From the NCBI GenBank assembly GCA_964426555.1, contig CAYRQJ010000002.1, forward strand, positions 114,837 through 161,389: a DNA stretch of 46,553 bases. Reading direction: 5' to 3'. Position 1 is the first letter of the stretch; each line of letters starts with the position of its first letter. A program made the position numbers and the translations under genes. Below are positions 1 through 8,153 of this stretch, piece after piece. This DNA is from an uncultured Candidatus Saccharibacteria bacterium. Its GTDB lineage: Bacteria; Patescibacteriota; Minisyncoccia; Phycocordibacterales; UBA9973. Below the pieces are notes generated by a model. The model did not search any database and had not been told where the DNA came from. It saw only the letters and a list, made by a program, of their open reading frames with translations.

Positions 1-477
1 GCGCGGCCCCCCGCGGGGGCCCCCCCCACGACAATTTGCCTGTATTTGGCCCAAATGCCTGCGCATATTCTTCCATCTTTTTATTTGTCTTGTATCTTCA
101 GTCTCTATTCTGCGGCCCATGTAATACCGGCAATACCATTGGAACCAGCCCCGCGGGTCTTCTTTATATATCCAGCCTTTCTTTTTCCATTCAGCCAGTG
201 ACTGTGACGCATTAACGCAGAAATAATTTAAATTTTTATCACGCTTATTCCCCACTGCAAATTTAGCCCGTACGAACCAATCTTTAGGAAATTCTTTTGT
301 ACAGTCACGCATGTATATACCACCAAATATTCCCAATTCCAACATTTGTTTTGGGGTAACATTAGGGCGGAATTCTTTATCAAAATTTTTACCTACGGGT
401 TCAGTTAAAAAATAAACGTACCCTTTTTGCATTTTGTCATTTACGGTAACTTTTTTATTTAACTTTTTCTGCGTCAT
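1..477 (-). CDS. conserved hypothetical protein, N-terminal 159 codons (C-terminus off window)
   Basis: ATG at 475-477 (minus); frame stays open to base 1: MTQKKLNKKVTVNDKMQKGYVYFLTEPVGKNF...KGWIYKEDPRGWFQWYCRYYMGRRIETEDTRQIKRWKNMRRHLGQI. Absent from the ORF track because no stop lies in the window. Family not recognised. Confidence 0.55.
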   Translation of the reverse strand, partial: MTQKKLNKKVTVNDKMQKGYVYFLTEPVGKNFDKEFRPNVTPKQMLELGIFGGIYMRDCTKEFPKDWFVRAKFAVGNKRDKNLNYFCVNASQSLAEWKKKGWIYKEDPRGWFQWYCRYYMGRRIETEDTRQIKRWKNMRRHLGQIQANCRGGGPRGGPR

Positions 478-478
478 T

Positions 479-877
479 TTATCGGTTCAAATAAGTAATA
501 GTTAGTTGTAAAACCGTAGCAAAGCTAACCCATAGTAAATATGGAATTTGGATATAAGTAATCCATTTAGCATGTGGGTATATTGCAACCATTAGCCATA
601 TAATAGTAATTAAGACCAATACAATATCAACAGCAGCTAATAAATTGTTTTTTAATCCAAATTGGAAATAAGTAAACGTAAAATTAAAAATTAAATTTAA
701 AATAAAAGGCAATATTACAACAAAAGGAATTTGTTTTTGGTAAAACATCATAAATGCTTTACCAAAAGATATTGCAATTAAAGCATATAAAAATGTCCAC
801 ACCGGCCCAAACAAATAACTGGGTGGCGACCAAGTAGGTTTAATTAAAGTACTGTACCAGTTGTATGAATTATTCAT
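479..877 (-). CDS. tspO: TspO/MBR family tryptophan-rich sensory protein
   Basis: 132 aa, multi-pass membrane protein; N-terminal WYSTLIKPTWSPPSYLFGPVWTFLY signature of TspO/MBR. Confidence 0.85.
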   Translation of the reverse strand: MNNSYNWYSTLIKPTWSPPSYLFGPVWTFLYALIAISFGKAFMMFYQKQIPFVVILPFILNLIFNFTFTYFQFGLKNNLLAAVDIVLVLITIIWLMVAIYPHAKWITYIQIPYLLWVSFATVLQLTITYLNR

Positions 878-881
878 ATAT

Positions 882-1181
882 CTATTTTACCACAAAAATA
901 ATCTTTATTTCGTCACCGGTAAATATTCCTTCAACCTTCATAAGCTTTTTATTTATACAAAGCAAATATTCCATTTGTTTACTAACCTTTTTATTTATAG
1001 TGTGGGGGAAAAGTGATGTATTCCACACAGTCTTACCCACACGGGCCTGAATTTTTACAAAGCCACGCGTATAAACTGCGCGAATATCTTCTGACAACTT
1101 TTTATCCAGCGTTACAAAATGCCAACCCCCATCCCCTGGCCAGCGCCAAACTTTAGATTTTATAACAAAACTTTTTTTCAT
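882..1181 (-). CDS. DUF1905 domain protein
   Basis: 99 aa; WRWPGDGGWHFVTL...RGFVKIQARVGKTVWNTSLFP pattern typical of DUF1905 proteins. Confidence 0.7.
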   Translation of the reverse strand: MKKSFVIKSKVWRWPGDGGWHFVTLDKKLSEDIRAVYTRGFVKIQARVGKTVWNTSLFPHTINKKVSKQMEYLLCINKKLMKVEGIFTGDEIKIIFVVK

Positions 1182-1183
1182 AT

Positions 1184-1414
1184 TTAATTAGATTCTTTTG
1201 TTTTTATATACAAATACAAATCTTCAACTTTTTCACGGGCCCAAGATGTTTTACGTAAAAAAACTAAACTAGATTTAATACTAGGATTATTAACAAAACA
1301 ATTTATTTTTATATGATTAGATAATTCTTCCCAGCCATAATGTTCCACTAAAAATTCCAATATTGCTGCCAATGTTTTACCGTGTAATGGGTCGTTAGAT
1401 TTAGAATCGGTCAT
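1184..1414 (-). CDS. VF530/DUF2132 family putative DNA-binding protein
   Basis: [24 protein letters not shown]...[25 protein letters not shown] matches the VF530 family. The track start at 1420 is TTG; the first ATG is at 1412-1414. Confidence 0.7.
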   Translation of the reverse strand: MTDSKSNDPLHGKTLAAILEFLVEHYGWEELSNHIKINCFVNNPSIKSSLVFLRKTSWAREKVEDLYLYIKTKESN

Positions 1415-1437
1415 ATGCAAAAATTATAACATTTGTT

Positions 1438-2379
1438 TTATTTATAGTTAAAAAACAAAGCTTGAATAATTGGTAATATATCAAAATTTGCTTGTTTATT
1501 TATACATTCAGTTTTATTTGGTTCGTCATAATTTAAACATTGTACAGACTGAATAGTAAAATCCAATTTTGCAGTTTTATTACCATATTTTTTTGTATAT
1601 GAATATTCAGTATAAGTACTACCCGCTGCCCCCTGTGCCAAGCTGGTAACACAGTATTCGCTACCTTTAAATGTAACAAGACTAGTTTTACCTGCACCTT
1701 GTGTATTACTGCCACTAGAATTACAAATAAAATTAGAATCTAGCACTGTTACCACTGGTGGCCATTTTAATGGGTGTATATATTTGTCGTTAACACTAAT
1801 AGAATTTATTAAAGTTTTATTATCTGTCTCGCCTTCAAAATTTTTTACCCATTCGCCAATTGTATTATCTTTAGCGTTGTAATATACCCAAACCGATTTA
1901 CCAATGCTTGGTGGTGTGCTCATAGGATCTGTACCTTTTCTTTCAGCAAAATTATACAATGCATGCCCGTCTTGTATCTCAACTGTTTGTGGAGCAATAC
2001 GGTCGCCCAGTAGCATTGTACCAGTTGCAGAATATGCGCCATTATTGTTTATTGCCAAAGCAGCATAATAAAATGTACCACTGCCACCGGGATTATTTAC
2101 CAACAACACTACTGCATCATTATCGCCATCTTTATCTAAATCTCCATAAACAGGTTCTCCAAATACAAACAATGTATTTTTAGAACTTGAATTTTCGGTA
2201 ACTAGTTCAGCTTTACCATTAACTAAATTAAAACTTTGCCCACCAACTACATACGTAATATTTAACGGGTTTGATACTTGTGCCACTGGCACAATATTAT
2301 TTTTAGATCTTATAACCAAAACTACCCCAACTACAACCAATACTGCTATTACACTCCAAACTAGTTTTGTATTTTTCAT
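1438..2379 (-). CDS. membrane-anchored exported protein, unknown function
   Basis: ATG at 2377-2379 gives the signal-anchor MKNTKLVWSVIAVLVVVGVVLVI. Contains the Asp-rich loop DLDKDGDNDAVV. The track start at 2409 adds 10 unlikely residues. Confidence 0.6.
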   Translation of the reverse strand: MKNTKLVWSVIAVLVVVGVVLVIRSKNNIVPVAQVSNPLNITYVVGGQSFNLVNGKAELVTENSSSKNTLFVFGEPVYGDLDKDGDNDAVVLLVNNPGGSGTFYYAALAINNNGAYSATGTMLLGDRIAPQTVEIQDGHALYNFAERKGTDPMSTPPSIGKSVWVYYNAKDNTIGEWVKNFEGETDNKTLINSISVNDKYIHPLKWPPVVTVLDSNFICNSSGSNTQGAGKTSLVTFKGSEYCVTSLAQGAAGSTYTEYSYTKKYGNKTAKLDFTIQSVQCLNYDEPNKTECINKQANFDILPIIQALFFNYK

Positions 2380-2415
2380 AGATACATTATAGCATTTTAA
2401 TTGGAACACTATTGT

Positions 2416-2871
2416 TTAATTAAATTTTTGCACTATATACCAAACTAGCATAGCTAACCCACCCCACCATAAAGTGTCGGAAATTATAAGACTTACAACA
2501 ATTTTATTTTGCAGTGTTTGTGGTAGTAGTTCATTTACCCGGCCTTCGGACTCCATCTTTAATAAAAATGGGCTAACATAAAATGACAAAAATATTCCAT
2601 TCAAAATTAAAACCACTGCAATAATTGCATGGTACATTGGTACACCAGTAAACGGTACATTGCGATAAATTATGAATCCTCCAATAATTGCCAGCACCGT
2701 ACCAGCCCATATCATTGGCTTGGTTACTTTATGGGTACGAATAGTTGCCTGCGTCCAATACACAGATTTACGCCCCAAGAACCCATGAATATCAATAACA
2801 CTAACAGCATCCAAGCCTATAATAAACCCGGCAAGCATTAGAAATAGTCCAATAAAATTTAAAGTAATCAT
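2416..2871 (-). CDS. integral membrane protein, unknown function
   Basis: 151 aa with about 4 hydrophobic helices. Its start overlaps the stop of the upstream Fic-type gene by one base (TAATG). Confidence 0.6.
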   Translation of the reverse strand: MITLNFIGLFLMLAGFIIGLDAVSVIDIHGFLGRKSVYWTQATIRTHKVTKPMIWAGTVLAIIGGFIIYRNVPFTGVPMYHAIIAVVLILNGIFLSFYVSPFLLKMESEGRVNELLPQTLQNKIVVSLIISDTLWWGGLAMLVWYIVQKFN

Positions 2872-3851
2872 TATTTCAACATTTGTGTTACTAGCGCTGT
2901 CATTTGATCCTTTTTGTTTGGATTACTTTCAGCTATTAATAAAGTTAGTGCTGTCAAAGAAGCCGAATTTATATTTCGGAAATTTTTCGCTTTTGCTTTA
3001 CGCAAAAACCAAACAAAAGCAAAAGCCCCACTTCTTTTATTACCATCTACAAATGGGTGATTCTTTACCATAAAGTATAGTAGATGCGCCGCCTTTTCTT
3101 CTACACTTGCGTATACATCTTTACCGCCAAATGATTGCATAACATTACCGACAATACCGGTAACATTGCCAGTATTTCTTTCTTGGGCAAATATATCTGT
3201 TGCCTCATCTTTTTTCAAAAGTTCATTTTTAAAATCAAAAATTGCCCTGGTTAATTCGTCACCAGTTAATTTAATAGATTTTTTAGTCGTACCGATACTT
3301 GTTAATTTTTCTTTATCATATGCATCCAGTGATACCCACGTAGCTGAAAATTCTTTTACTAGATCTAATATTGCTTTTGGGTCCAATGTTACATGTTCAG
3401 GTAGTAGATTTTGAATATCTGCTACTGACTTCATAAAAGCCTCATAATTTTTACCAATCTGCTTGCGGTTTATAGTATAGCCTTTTATTATGTGTTCTTT
3501 TAGTGTTTTGGTAGCCCAAATACGAAACTGTGTAGCAGTTTTGCTATTTACCCTATAGCCAACAGAAAGAACCATATCTAGATTATAGTGACCAATATCA
3601 CGAAATACTTCTCTACTACCTTCTTTTCGAACTATCCGGAAATTCCGGATAGTTGCCTTTTCTGAAAGTTCATTTGTTTTATATATATTATTTATATGCT
3701 CACTAATTGTTCTAACATCAACACTGAAAGCTTCGGCTATCTGTGCCTGTGTAGCCCATAGCGTCTCATGCTTAAAATCCCCACGGAACTCCAGAGCCCC
3801 ATTCTTTGCTTGATAGATTACCAATTCTTTATTTTTTGTAACCTTTTTCAT
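2871..3851 (-). CDS. RhuM-family / Fic-DOC domain protein
   Basis: N-terminal RhuM-like region (LWATQAQIAEAFSVDVRTISEHINNIY). C-terminal Fic core motif HPFVDGNKRSGAFA. Confidence 0.8.
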   Translation of the reverse strand: MKKVTKNKELVIYQAKNGALEFRGDFKHETLWATQAQIAEAFSVDVRTISEHINNIYKTNELSEKATIRNFRIVRKEGSREVFRDIGHYNLDMVLSVGYRVNSKTATQFRIWATKTLKEHIIKGYTINRKQIGKNYEAFMKSVADIQNLLPEHVTLDPKAILDLVKEFSATWVSLDAYDKEKLTSIGTTKKSIKLTGDELTRAIFDFKNELLKKDEATDIFAQERNTGNVTGIVGNVMQSFGGKDVYASVEEKAAHLLYFMVKNHPFVDGNKRSGAFAFVWFLRKAKAKNFRNINSASLTALTLLIAESNPNKKDQMTALVTQMLK

Positions 3852-3949
3852 GAATTAATTATATCCTGTAGTGTAATTAAAAACAAAATTCTACTACGGG
3901 ATTATAACACGAGTTAGATAAATCCTAGATTTTACTATATACTGACAAC

Positions 3950-4186
3950 ATGAATGAAGAAGATGAAGACGTAGTTGTGCAACGTGACGCCAATGGCAAT
4001 ATATTAGCCAATGGTGACAGTATAGTACTAATAAAAGATTTAAAATTAAAAGGTAGTAGCACTGTTATAAAACAAGGCGCTAAAGCTAAAAACATTCGCC
4101 TAACCGACGAACCCGGTGAAATTGAATGCAGTATCGACGGCATGAAAGGCATTGTACTAAAAACCGAATTTATTAAAAAAGCCTAA
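3950..4186 (+). CDS. PhnA/YjdM C-terminal-domain protein
   Basis: 78 aa; DANGNILANGDSIVLIKDLKLKGSSTVIKQGAKAKNIRL...IVLKTEFIKKA is the conserved PhnA C-terminal domain. Confidence 0.8.
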   Translation: MNEEDEDVVVQRDANGNILANGDSIVLIKDLKLKGSSTVIKQGAKAKNIRLTDEPGEIECSIDGMKGIVLKTEFIKKA

Positions 4187-4207
4187 TCTGTTGGATTAGG
4201 TTTTTTA
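4182..4207 (+). terminator. rho-independent terminator after the PhnA-like gene
   Basis: Stem CCTAATC (4182-4188) / GATTAGG (4194-4200), followed by a T-run at 4201-4207. Confidence 0.7.
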
Positions 4208-4257
4208 TTTGACATTTTTATATTTTCATGTTAATTTAAAAAAAATTGTTAACAACT

Positions 4258-4740
4258 ATGAACTTAATTTATTTTAATCAAAAACCAACATCAATAGCGC
4301 CATACGAATTTGGCCAAGATGTAACCCGAGAAAATTTTGTAAATTTTCTAATTCTTAGTTACGCTGTTTCCCGAGGAAACTTTGTAATTCAAAAAGTCTT
4401 CTTTGTAATGTATAAAAGAAAGTTTGGCTTTCCTTGGAAGCATGTCATACAAGACTTTTATGAAAATGGCGGATACGATGCGTTAACCGAAGACGAACAA
4501 CAAATTTTTAAAAAAGCATTCCGCAGTGTTTCTGCTCATATGGAGGAATATATTGAGATAGAAATTGAAGATGAAATACGAGATGAAATCGATGGTTTGG
4601 GTGACCGGCCAGAAAATCAAGGAGAAATTACTTTTAATGCTGCATTAGACTTTTTTAAATTCGAGGAGATAAATTCAATTGCTGAATTTAATGCAACTGC
4701 AAAAGAATTCAATTCAAAATTTGAATCTTCGTTAAACTAA
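4258..4740 (+). CDS. hypothetical acidic protein
   Basis: Open frame with its own downstream terminator. The track start at 4246 is TTG; the first ATG is at 4258. Glu/Asp-rich centre (EEYIEIEIEDEIRDEIDG). No family recognised. Confidence 0.5.
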   Translation: MNLIYFNQKPTSIAPYEFGQDVTRENFVNFLILSYAVSRGNFVIQKVFFVMYKRKFGFPWKHVIQDFYENGGYDALTEDEQQIFKKAFRSVSAHMEEYIEIEIEDEIRDEIDGLGDRPENQGEITFNAALDFFKFEEINSIAEFNATAKEFNSKFESSLN

Positions 4741-4764
4741 ACTTGGAACAACTAGAAAATTAAA

Positions 4765-4788
4765 GCGACACAATTGTCGCTTTTTTAT
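4765..4788 (+). terminator. rho-independent terminator
   Basis: GCGACA-CAAT-TGTCGC hairpin (4765-4780) followed by TTTTTTATTTT. Confidence 0.7.
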
Positions 4789-4805
4789 TTTTATAAAAAT
4801 TATAT

Positions 4806-4836
4806 ATAAAACAAACCCTCGGCTTTGGACCGAGGG
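4806..4836 (-). terminator. rho-independent terminator for the minus-strand transcript coming from tag
   Basis: Minus strand reads CCCTCGG-TCCAAAG-CCGAGGG followed by TTTGTTTT. Confidence 0.65.
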
Positions 4837-4839
4837 CTG

Positions 4840-5005
4840 TAAGGTTTGGAAAATGTTAATAACAAAAGATACTACTTGTAGTTTTTTAGACTTAAAAATG
4901 TTTTCGCTCGCCACTACTTACAATAATTAGTCCCAGGATATTTTCTAAAATACCTGAAATATTGGCACTGTGATACATAGCACTACTTAGATGTTTCAGT
5001 TCATG
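4840..5005 (-). ncRNA. 23S rRNA-like fragment (domain I motifs); rRNA relic or structured RNA
   Basis: Minus strand contains GAACTGAAACATCTAAGTA (4984-5002) and AGTAGTGGCGAGCGAAA (4902-4918). These are two universally conserved 5'-domain 23S rRNA strings, in the correct order. No other rRNA sequence surrounds them. Confidence 0.4.
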
Positions 5006-5200
5006 TTATGAAAGTAAATTCTTGTACCAATAATAAAAAAGTAGTAAATTTTATATTTGAATTTTTATTAACAAATTCCTTGCGTATTGTGGTTACCATA
5101 AATAGGTCACACCACTTACGACTAAACATTACGTCAAAGAACGAAAAAGAAATAAATTCTTAAGGTCAATATAGCAGACACTATACAAAATGTCACTTTT

Positions 5201-5728
5201 TTATTTTTTGTAGTATTTACACCCTTTTACATGTGCTCCGGGTAGCAGACCTATGGACATTAGGAATTCATTTACTATTTCCCCGCCGGTAAATTTAAAT
5301 GTTTTCTTGAACAATTTTACCCACTCTTCTTTATTTAAATTTTTTTGTTTCAAAAGCCATTTATGAAACGAACCAGATTCTTTTTGTAAACCTATTATCA
5401 CATTGGCATTATGTATTGCCGCATCTACCTTTAATCGGTTACGGATTATGCCCGCATCGGCCAGTAGCCGTGCACGGTCAGCATCGCCATACTTTGCTAC
5501 TTTCTTAATATTAAAATTGCTATAAGCTTTTTTAAAATTCTTTTGTTTGTTTAGTATTGTATTCCAGCTTAGCCCGGCTTGATTTATCTCCAGTACTAAT
5601 CTTTCAAATAAATCATTCTCATCATTTATATCTACGCCATAAAACTGATCATGATACACACGATGTACATTATCCAGAGGTAATGTTTTTACATAATCGC
5701 AATAAGATTTTGGTTTTTCTTTTTCCAT
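5201..5728 (-). CDS. tag: DNA-3-methyladenine glycosylase I
   Basis: 175 aa; VYHDQFYGVDINDENDLFERLVLEINQAGLSWNTILNKQKNFKKAY is typical of Tag. Confidence 0.9.
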   Translation of the reverse strand: MEKEKPKSYCDYVKTLPLDNVHRVYHDQFYGVDINDENDLFERLVLEINQAGLSWNTILNKQKNFKKAYSNFNIKKVAKYGDADRARLLADAGIIRNRLKVDAAIHNANVIIGLQKESGSFHKWLLKQKNLNKEEWVKLFKKTFKFTGGEIVNEFLMSIGLLPGAHVKGCKYYKK

Positions 5729-5798
5729 TTTATTTAAAAATATTTAAACATTCGTACATTCTCAAGAATGTTGGAATGAATTATTGGTGTTTATATTA

Positions 5799-6161
5799 TT
5801 ACTGCCCTTCTACGAATTTTAATGATATTGAATTCACACAGTGGCGGGTATTTTTGTCGGTTAGCATTTCGCCCATAAATACGTGGCCCAGGTGGCCACC
5901 ACAGTTGGCGCATGTTATTTCAGTCCTACTGCCATCAGCATCGACAGTCCTTTTTACTGCACCCGCAATTTCCGCATCAAAGCTGGGCCAGCCACAGGTA
6001 GACTCAAACTTGTCTTGCGAGTTATACAGTGGCGCATTGCATTGTTTGCATACATACACACCATGGGCCGTATTATTTACATATTCACCAGTAAAAGGTA
6101 TCTCGGTGCCTTTATCCACTATTATTCTCTTTTCTTCTTCATTTAGATTATTTAGTTGCAT
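5799..6161 (-). CDS. msrB: peptide-methionine (R)-S-oxide reductase MsrB
   Basis: 120 aa; CxxC pairs, CGWPSF and GGHLGHVF motifs. Confidence 0.9.
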   Translation of the reverse strand: MQLNNLNEEEKRIIVDKGTEIPFTGEYVNNTAHGVYVCKQCNAPLYNSQDKFESTCGWPSFDAEIAGAVKRTVDADGSRTEITCANCGGHLGHVFMGEMLTDKNTRHCVNSISLKFVEGQ

Positions 6162-6164
6162 AGA

Positions 6165-6779
6165 TTAAATGATATTTTTTTCTTCACTTAATCTTTTTCT
6201 TAGTTCATCAAGAGTTTCTTCTCTATATTTCCAGTAAGCAGTACCTTGGACTCCATAATCATACCCAAGAATTTTTTGTGCTGAAGTTGAAAGACTAGTT
6301 TTTTCTCCATTAAACTCAATTGATTTATTATCTAAAACTTTGGCTTTAATATTTTCATCTCTACTAAAAACTAATTCAGTTCCAATAGGAAGATTTACCA
6401 TACCAAAATTAAACTTTTCTCTTATTTCTGAACGGACTTGATCAATTGCTTTTTTATCATCCTTATCCTCTATAAAATCTTTTCTAGGTGTTATGTCTTC
6501 TATTTCTATTAATTTCAAAAGTGATCGTACTCTTTCTGGAGAAATTATAAAAAATTCTCTTTTTGGATTAATCCTATTATCAGCAAACGTTTCATGTATT
6601 TGCTTTTCAGCAAAGAATGAATCTTTTACAGTACAAGCATAGAAACAAGTAAAAGGAAGTGGCACTCCAGTCGCGACACTGAGTTCTTTCATTCTTTGCT
6701 CAATACTGCTATTGGTTCTGCCTATTTTTACATATCCAGGCATTGCTTCGTTTGTTAACACATAGATTATTTCATTCAT
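6165..6779 (-). CDS. T5orf172 / GIY-YIG-superfamily domain protein
   Basis: N-terminus IYVLTNEAMPGYVKIGRTNSSIEQRMKEL is the T5orf172 (MUG113-like) signature. The C-terminal ~90 aa are not recognised. The stop lies only 3 nt from the msrB start. Confidence 0.7.
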   Translation of the reverse strand: MNEIIYVLTNEAMPGYVKIGRTNSSIEQRMKELSVATGVPLPFTCFYACTVKDSFFAEKQIHETFADNRINPKREFFIISPERVRSLLKLIEIEDITPRKDFIEDKDDKKAIDQVRSEIREKFNFGMVNLPIGTELVFSRDENIKAKVLDNKSIEFNGEKTSLSTSAQKILGYDYGVQGTAYWKYREETLDELRKRLSEEKNII

Positions 6780-6803
6780 AAATTTTATTATAACATAAAA
6801 TAT

Positions 6804-6828
6804 AAAAACCCCTTTAATTGGGGTTTTT
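6804..6828. terminator. bidirectional hairpin terminator
   Basis: AAAAACCCC-TTTAATT-GGGGTTTTT. Confidence 0.6.
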
Positions 6829-6927
6829 ATATGAACAAGGTATACTTGCCTGTCGCTTTTTAGGTTACCAGTAAAATTATACTGCCTATAAGCTCTAAAG
6901 TACTATGTAACTTTTGCTCAGTTTGAC

Positions 6928-7050
6928 CTATTTTCTATCTCTTCTTTGACGAAGAGCTGATCCAGCAGCAGTCTTAGAATTTTTTCCAGTACTGTTACTC
7001 CTCAACACTTTTGAAGCAGCCTTACCTGCCTTTTTCGATGTAACTGACAT
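6928..7050 (-). CDS. possible 40-aa basic small protein
   Basis: ATG 7048-7050 to TAG 6928-6930: MSVTSKKAGKAASKVLRSNSTGKNSKTAAGSALRQRRDRK. No SD. Below the track length cutoff. The hairpin at 6804-6828 follows it. Confidence 0.25.
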   Translation of the reverse strand: MSVTSKKAGKAASKVLRSNSTGKNSKTAAGSALRQRRDRK

Positions 7051-7146
7051 ATTTTTAAATATTTGTAGTTTTTTATTGAGACCGACTTTTCTCTACCACT
7101 TACTAAGTGTAACATAAATTTATATTAAAATATGGAATGGGTACAA

Positions 7147-8073
7147 TTATGAGTGCCCTATCTTTGCTTCTGGATATTCTGGGTGAGCTACTTTATATCT
7201 TGCCCAGTTGTGGGCCTCTCTTTTATTTTCTGGTATTCTCCAAATTACATAAGGTTCTTGAAGTTCCAGTCCCATAGTAAAAACCAAAATCTCCTCACAA
7301 AGATTGGATAAATTATTCCAGCCAACATCAACTAATGATAAAATATCTTGATTGTTATATGTTGGGAATATAGGTATTACTTCTCCGTTATCTACAGTAT
7401 GTTTTATTTGTGGAAGTTTATACCCGTTGTGTTCTATATCATCTCTTAATTCTTTATAGTCTCTATACCACCCATCTCTATGAGATTGTATGAATTTATA
7501 TAAGTTTTGAAATCTAGCATCAGCATTACTTAACTTAAATGCTTTCGCTCCTTTTTTAAATTTATTTTCATTATCAGTAAACAAGAAAGACATATTGTAG
7601 CCGAACCACTTATGTTGTAGTCTCAACAGTCCTTCTGTTGCCATTGTGCAACGAATAAAGAAGTCTTTAAAGAACATATTGAGTTCAATGTCGATTGGAT
7701 TATTTATGTTAAGTTGATGCCCTTGGAGAATACCATCATGTTTTTCTTTTATGGCTTTTGTGTGGTCGTGTATGTATTTAAAACAAAATTCTTTTGCAAA
7801 TTTTGCTTCAACTAAATTTTGCAACAAAGAACCATAATCCTCATCGAATTCCCCTCTTTTTTCTCTTGGTACAACAAAATCTCTTATCTCTAGATTTTGA
7901 AACATGAATCTATTGTAGAAATCATCTTCTGGTCCGGCTTTAAGTGGTCCATATAGAACACCAGCTTTTGAATCTTGGTTGTTACTTTTATTTTGTTCGT
8001 CTTTAGACATACAGCATTTTTTATATTTCAATCCGCTTCCGCAAGGACATTTTTCATTTCTATTAATTTTCAT
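7147..8073 (-). CDS. SEC-C motif protein with uncharacterised C-terminal domain
   Basis: N-terminal CPCGSGLKYKKCC (SecA-C-type zinc motif). The remaining ~270 aa are not recognised. Divergent from the LexA-methyltransferase gene. Confidence 0.7.
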   Translation of the reverse strand: MKINRNEKCPCGSGLKYKKCCMSKDEQNKSNNQDSKAGVLYGPLKAGPEDDFYNRFMFQNLEIRDFVVPREKRGEFDEDYGSLLQNLVEAKFAKEFCFKYIHDHTKAIKEKHDGILQGHQLNINNPIDIELNMFFKDFFIRCTMATEGLLRLQHKWFGYNMSFLFTDNENKFKKGAKAFKLSNADARFQNLYKFIQSHRDGWYRDYKELRDDIEHNGYKLPQIKHTVDNGEVIPIFPTYNNQDILSLVDVGWNNLSNLCEEILVFTMGLELQEPYVIWRIPENKREAHNWARYKVAHPEYPEAKIGHS

Positions 8074-8076
8074 AGT

Positions 8077-8087
8077 TGTGGATAACT
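8077..8087. promoter_or_regulatory. DnaA-box-like 11-mer TGTGGATAACT (copy 1 of 3)
   Basis: Contains the perfect DnaA-box 9-mer TGTGGATAA (TTATCCACA on the other strand). Lies in the 80-bp divergent gap 67 nt upstream of the ATG at 8154. A candidate promoter TTTACT(8091-8096)-N18-TATAAT(8115-8120) lies just downstream. Confidence 0.3.
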
Positions 8088-8153
8088 TGCTTTACTTTTC
8101 GGTTTTTGTTCGGTTATAATGTAATTGTAGCAAAAGTAGATTTTTATTGCAAT

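Noticed and set aside
1-30. GC-only stretch GCGCGGCCCCCCGCGGGGGCCCCCCCCACG at the very start of an otherwise AT-rich window
   Set aside because: It sits exactly at the contig edge, consists of homopolymer or self-complementary G/C runs, and distorts the end of an otherwise normal reading frame. It is most likely an assembly or adapter artefact, not biology.
5557-6168. Long antisense or shadow ORFs in the track (for example 5557-6168, 865-1050, 14084-14281, 23691-24035, 23754-24047, 44710-45111 and 46005-46193)
   Set aside because: Each lies opposite or out of frame to a gene with clear family signatures, or across a tRNA. They have low-complexity or hydrophobic nonsense composition and no independent start or terminator signals.
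8076-8153. TTG-initiated 26-codon extension of the LexA-MTase ORF
   Set aside because: It would begin 3 nt after the divergent gene's start and run through the promoter-like TATAAT. The canonical LexA N-terminus begins at the ATG at 8154.
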